DNA of 64,000 bases, from the NCBI RefSeq assembly GCF_009914755.1, contig NC_060927.1; one strand, given 5' to 3'. This stretch comes from the human T2T-CHM13v2.0 reference genome, Homo sapiens. The position numbers and the translations under genes are program-made. Under the pieces are notes generated by a model. It worked only from the letters and a program-made list of their open reading frames with translations, was not told the origin of the DNA and did not search any database. This document shows, piece by piece, positions 59,689 through 64,000 of the stretch (position 1 is the first letter of the stretch; every line of letters begins with the position of its first letter).

Positions 59689-60377
59689 TGTATCAGAGTC
59701 CCAGAAAGAACACCCAGTATTCTTAAAAGAGAAATTAAGAATAGCTTAATAAAGGGCTATTTGTTTAGGCATGGGCAAGGCTACCACAGAGGACAGTGCA
59801 GGGCCCCAGACCAGTGACAGCAAAACGGCATATCCCTGGGCCTGAAGGGGTAGGTTGGGGTGAGATTACCAGAACCCCAAGGCAGAGAGGGCTGACTGGA
59901 AAGAGGCTTCTGAGAGAAGCTGAGATTTACAATCCAGAAATGGAGCCATCCTGTGACAACCACACAAGAAGGCAACTGGAATAAAGTCCCCAACTCACCT
60001 TTCTCTCTCCCTCCAAACTCCTGCCATGCTCCAAAGTGATAAACCTAACCAGAACCTAGAGGGCAAGGGAGCCAATGATATAGACCAGGGGCTGGCAAAC
60101 CTTTTCTGTAAATGGCCAGATTACAAATAGTTTAAGCTTATAGGCCATATGGTCTCTGTCACAAATACTAAAATCTGCAGATGTAGCATGAAAACAGCCA
60201 TAGATGATACTTAAATGGATGTAACTGGATTTGACACCATGGATCAGATCTGACCCGCAGACCGAAGTTTGTCAACCTCTGGTATAGACCATATGGGTCA
60301 GCCTCTCAGCCTCACACAGAGGAAGGTAGAAAACATGGAGAATAGATCCAGAAAGCTTAATGAAAGATACCCAGCAA
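59689..60377 (-). mobile_element. LTR41-like LTR (ERVL) with a MER58A insert
   Basis: agagggcaagggagcc...ggtcagcctc...ggagaatagatccag...agatacccagca. Confidence 0.65.
60086..60281 (+). mobile_element. MER58A
   Basis: caggggctggcaaaccttttctgtaaa...gtttgtcaacctctg, TSD (a/g)tatagac. Confidence 0.88.
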
Positions 60378-60504
60378 TGTGTTTTATTGGTCTAACATAA
60401 ACATTTACTGTGTTGAAATTCTTATTAACCTTGTGATAAAGTATCTTTATTGGAAAGAGAGGCAAACAGTTCAGCAAATATTACAGAACTAGTAGCTGTA
60501 GTGT

Positions 60505-60578
60505 CATATATATATGTGTGTGTGTGTATATATATGTGTGTGTATATATACACACACACACATATACACACACACACA
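60505..60578. repeat. Compound (TA)/(TG)/(CA) microsatellite
   Basis: 74 nt of unbroken purine-pyrimidine alternation. Confidence 0.95.
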
Positions 60579-60689
60579 GATAAATTACGAACTTACCGAT
60601 CCCACTCTTTGTATTTTGCTTATTTATACCACATAATGTTACAAAAAGGTTTTAAGGAGGCTTAAATATACACTATGAGTTGAAATTAA

Positions 60690-61320
60690 ATATGAAATAA
60701 ATGAACTTTTAGGAATTTACCCTGTAGATATAATCATTTGTGTGTATAGAACTTAACATATTCAAAAAGAATTCAAATTAAATTAAAAATAAATGGATGA
60801 ACTTAAAGTAATTTACCCTGTGGATATAAGCATGTATGTGCACAAAGACATATACATAAAAGATATCCATTTTGTCACTGCTCTTAATGGTGAAAAAAAT
60901 GGAAAACTATCCAATTCAACTGGGAAATGATTAAATAAATTAAAGCATATCCACTGAGTGGATACTTTTCAACCATTATAAAGAACTCTACGAGAACTTG
61001 TGTGGAATGACCTCCAAGGTGTTGTACTACAAAGATATGTATGTATGTGTGTATGTGTCTGTTTGTATATATAGACAGTTATGTTTATATACACATATAT
61101 AACTATGTATTTGTGTGTATGTATTTTTCTTTTCTTTAAGGCATTGTTTATGGATAGATAGACAAAAAATTAAAAATACTGGTTACCCCTAGAAAGGGGA
61201 ACTGAGTGATGAGGGGGTAGAGTAGCAGAGAAACCCATTTTCATCTGCCAATGCTTTTGCACATTTTAAATTTTGCATCATACACCTGTGTTACCTTTTT
61301 AAAATAATTCATTGATTTAA
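60690..61320 (+). mobile_element. L1ME 3' end
   Basis: ggaaatgattaaataaattaaagcatatcc...gtggaatgacctccaag. Confidence 0.7.
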
Positions 61321-61349
61321 ATTTCTTAAATGGTTAAGAAAAGATCATG

Positions 61350-62570
61350 CATTGGTACAGATGTGCAGTCTGTACAGCAGTACATACTCTCGGGTTTGTA
61401 TTAACTCTCCTGCTCATTATCTAGCCTGAGGGAACTTGATCATCCAGACATTCTAGAGTGCCACGTTGGTCCCTATATTGATGATGTCTTGCCTGAAATT
61501 GGAAAATAAAAAGTACTTTCTACTCTGGAATAATCTAAGTAAGACACAGGCATGTCAGGGGATGAAAGATAAATCCCACTGAGCCGGGTATCTCTTAAGT
61601 GATGTTCTCAGGGATGCATGGGTCTGGGACATGGTGGCATAGTCCCTTTAAAGTGAAAGACAAATTTCTATACTTCGTGCAACCCACCACTAAGGAGCCA
61701 CAATAATTGTTGGGACTTTTTAAATTTTAGAGGCAAAATACAGCATGTTACCTTTATAAAATAACACATAAGGATGCCATTATTTATTGGGGCCCAGAGC
61801 AAGAGAAAGCTATATGATAAGTACAGGATGCAATACAAAGTGTTTTGCCATTTGGGCCACATGGTCCAGCAGTTACAATGGTACTCAGGGTGCCGTAGCA
61901 AATAGAAACACAATGAGACTTCTGGTAAACTCCAATAGGAGAATTCAAGGACACACTCACAGAATTTAAAATGCTTTCTTGCCTTCTTCAGTCAATAATT
62001 ATTCTGATTTTGAGACATAGCTTTTGGCTCACTAATATACCCTAATAGAGACTGAGCATCCAACCAAGGGGTATCAAGTGACCTTGGTGTCTGACCTACC
62101 CAACATTAACTTCTCATCATTATCTGACCCACCAACTGTAAAGTTGGATGTACACAGCAGCAATCCACGTGGTTTATCCAAGATCAGGCTCAACCAGATT
62201 TTGAAGCCACAAGTAAGTTGCATGGGCTTAGACTCCCATGGTAACCACTCTTGCTGCATTGTTGTTTATGCTCAATCCATACCAACAGCCCCATGGAAGT
62301 TTCCTGTGACTATTTGACTAAGGAAGATAAAACTTAGGTCTGGTTTACAGATGGTCTATACAGTATTCTAGCCTGAGCCAGAAGGAAATATTGCTGACTC
62401 ACTCTGAAGTGTGAAAAATATTGAAGAATCCATTCCTGGGCAAAACTTTAATAGCACATTTGATATCCACTTTGCCAGACAGAAATATGGTAAAAGAAAT
62501 GGATCCACCTCGATTCTTGAGCAATGGCTAATGATTTAGCCACATGGTTCAGGAACTGGAAAAACAACTC
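61350..62570 (+). mobile_element. ERVL-class internal pol remnant (RT and RNase H), disrupted
   Basis: YIDD at 61474-61485, KINP, KVKDK, WFTDG at 62341-62355, DS*AMAN; many stops and frameshifts. Confidence 0.85.
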
Positions 62571-62574
62571 TGTA

Positions 62575-63515
62575 AGAGGAATGTCAGTGGGAATGGTGGA
62601 ATAAGGACCTCTGAAAATCTGTTTCTCCATAAAAGCAATGAGAACACTAGCAAATTGTAAAAATCAACTTTTTCAGAACTCTGGAAATTAACCAAAGGCT
62701 CATAACAATCCAAGGAGTGTTTATTCAAGAAAAAGAGCTGACTCAGTAAGAACAGCAAGCTATGTGATATTTTAACTTGCCCTATTCCCATTCCCCTCTC
62801 CTAGCTACCCAGAAGGCTTGAAAATAAACAGTTTGTAATCACAGCAAAAACTAGAAGCCTAGCAGCCACTGGAGGAAGCAGACAGGCACTCTCCAAAATC
62901 ACCAATTCAGAGAATTGTCATTATTTGACCTCTCTGGCAGTTTCTTGGAAACTCTCACTAGCAGGTCTTTATATGACCTGACTGGAGCTCACTTAGTGTG
63001 AACAACCTTTTCCTTGAGGACATTTAGCAAAAACAATCAGCAGCAATTGTTTCCTATCACAGCTGCCTGAGGTGGCAATAATAGGCAATCAACAAACTGA
63101 CCAAGAAACTTAAAAGGAAAAGCAAAGTCCATAAGGAGCTTTGAAAAGCGCTGACAACATCCTGGAAATTTAGAAGCCCATTCATAAGTTCAGGGCTGTC
63201 CACATGCCCAGGACTGCACACACAGCCAGAAAAAAACCTTGAGAACACTCCAAACTCTCATCTCTGGCTTATCTTGAAGTTCTGCTGAAGTCTGAAGTAA
63301 AGGCTACTGCTTGAGCATTGAAAGCATGTCCTGATATGCACACAGAGTTCCTCTGCAAAGGCTGGGAAATTTATTGGTTCAAAGCATTGAAGGAAGTCTC
63401 TATGCAATCATTAGCTAATCTCTAAGCTCATTGAGCAAAGACTTCAGCAGCCACACACAATAAAGAATGTAGACTTTACCAAATTAGTTCAGGAAAGTCA
63501 CTAAACAAACAAATC
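62575..63515 (+). mobile_element. Old L1M 5' end
   Basis: ctccataaaagcaatgagaacact...aaaatcaactttttcagaactctggaaattaaccaaagg. Confidence 0.65.
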
Positions 63516-63618
63516 GCTTCCATATCTCAGTTTTATGCTCGTGGAAAACCTGTTTTTCTTCTGCTTTTGAAAGTTCCAGACCTTTAACATTTCCTTCAGT
63601 TCCATGTATTTTCTGCAT

Positions 63619-64000
63619 TGTCTTAGTCCATTTTCTGTTGCTTGCAACATAATGCCTGAAACTAAGTAATTTATAAAGAAAAAATTCTTATGATTCTGGA
63701 AGCTGGAAAGTTCAACATCAAGGGGCTGAATCTGGTGAGGGCCTTCTTGCTGGTGGGGACTTACTGCAGTGTCCCAAGGCAGTGTAGGGTATCCCATGAC
63801 AAGGTGGCTGAGTGTGCTAACTGAGGTCTCCCTTCCTCTTCTTATAAAGCCACCAGTTCCACTCCCATGACAGCCCATTCATCTATTAACCAATTAATTC
63901 ATTAGTCCATGAATGGATTAATCCATTCATGAAGGCAGAACCCTCATGACCCAATTACTTCTTAAAGGCCCTGCCTTTACTGCTACATTGGGGATTAAGA
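63619..64000 (-). mobile_element. MST-family LTR (MSTB2/C-like), runs off the window
   Basis: tgtcttagtccatttt...atctggtgagggccttcttgctgg...cttaaaggccc. Confidence 0.85.

Noticed and set aside
63908-63931. Perfect 24-bp palindrome CATGAATGGATTAATCCATTCATG
   Set aside because: By my recall this is a normal feature of MST-family LTR consensus, not locus-specific.

Overview
Primate (almost certainly human-lineage; AluY copies present) AT-rich genomic DNA, dominated by interspersed repeats. I recognise no protein-coding gene, tRNA, rRNA or CRISPR array. The longer ORFs are MaLR-internal, L1, Alu or chance ORFs. Main elements: two complete MaLR proviruses (THE1D/MSTA-like, + 7052-9478; MSTA-like, - 18699-21418), each inserted into an older MLT1F-type LTR; a full-length but dead L1MA2-type LINE (23617-31400) with TSDs; a 3' L1MA3/4 fragment; solo LTRs (MER41B, LTR18A, LTR16-family, LTR41, MER21, MER67, MLT1, MST); an ERVL pol remnant; several Alus, MIRs, L2s and hAT MITEs. 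The best leads are: (i) three well-formed minus-strand candidate exons in non-repeat DNA at 1.3-6.9 kb, suggesting a spliced lncRNA, with most L1s antisense to it; (ii) a 35-bp-stem pri-miRNA-like hairpin made by an inverted duplication in the L1 5'UTR; (iii) several templated-insertion scars, including a complex one in a MER5A; (iv) an LTR18A carrying intact ARE, D-box and E-box motifs; (v) a repeat-free block with paired MEF2 sites. I found no evidence for a wholly new biological system. Repeat subfamily names come from my recall of consensus sequences, not from a RepeatMasker run, and boundaries of old repeats are approximate.
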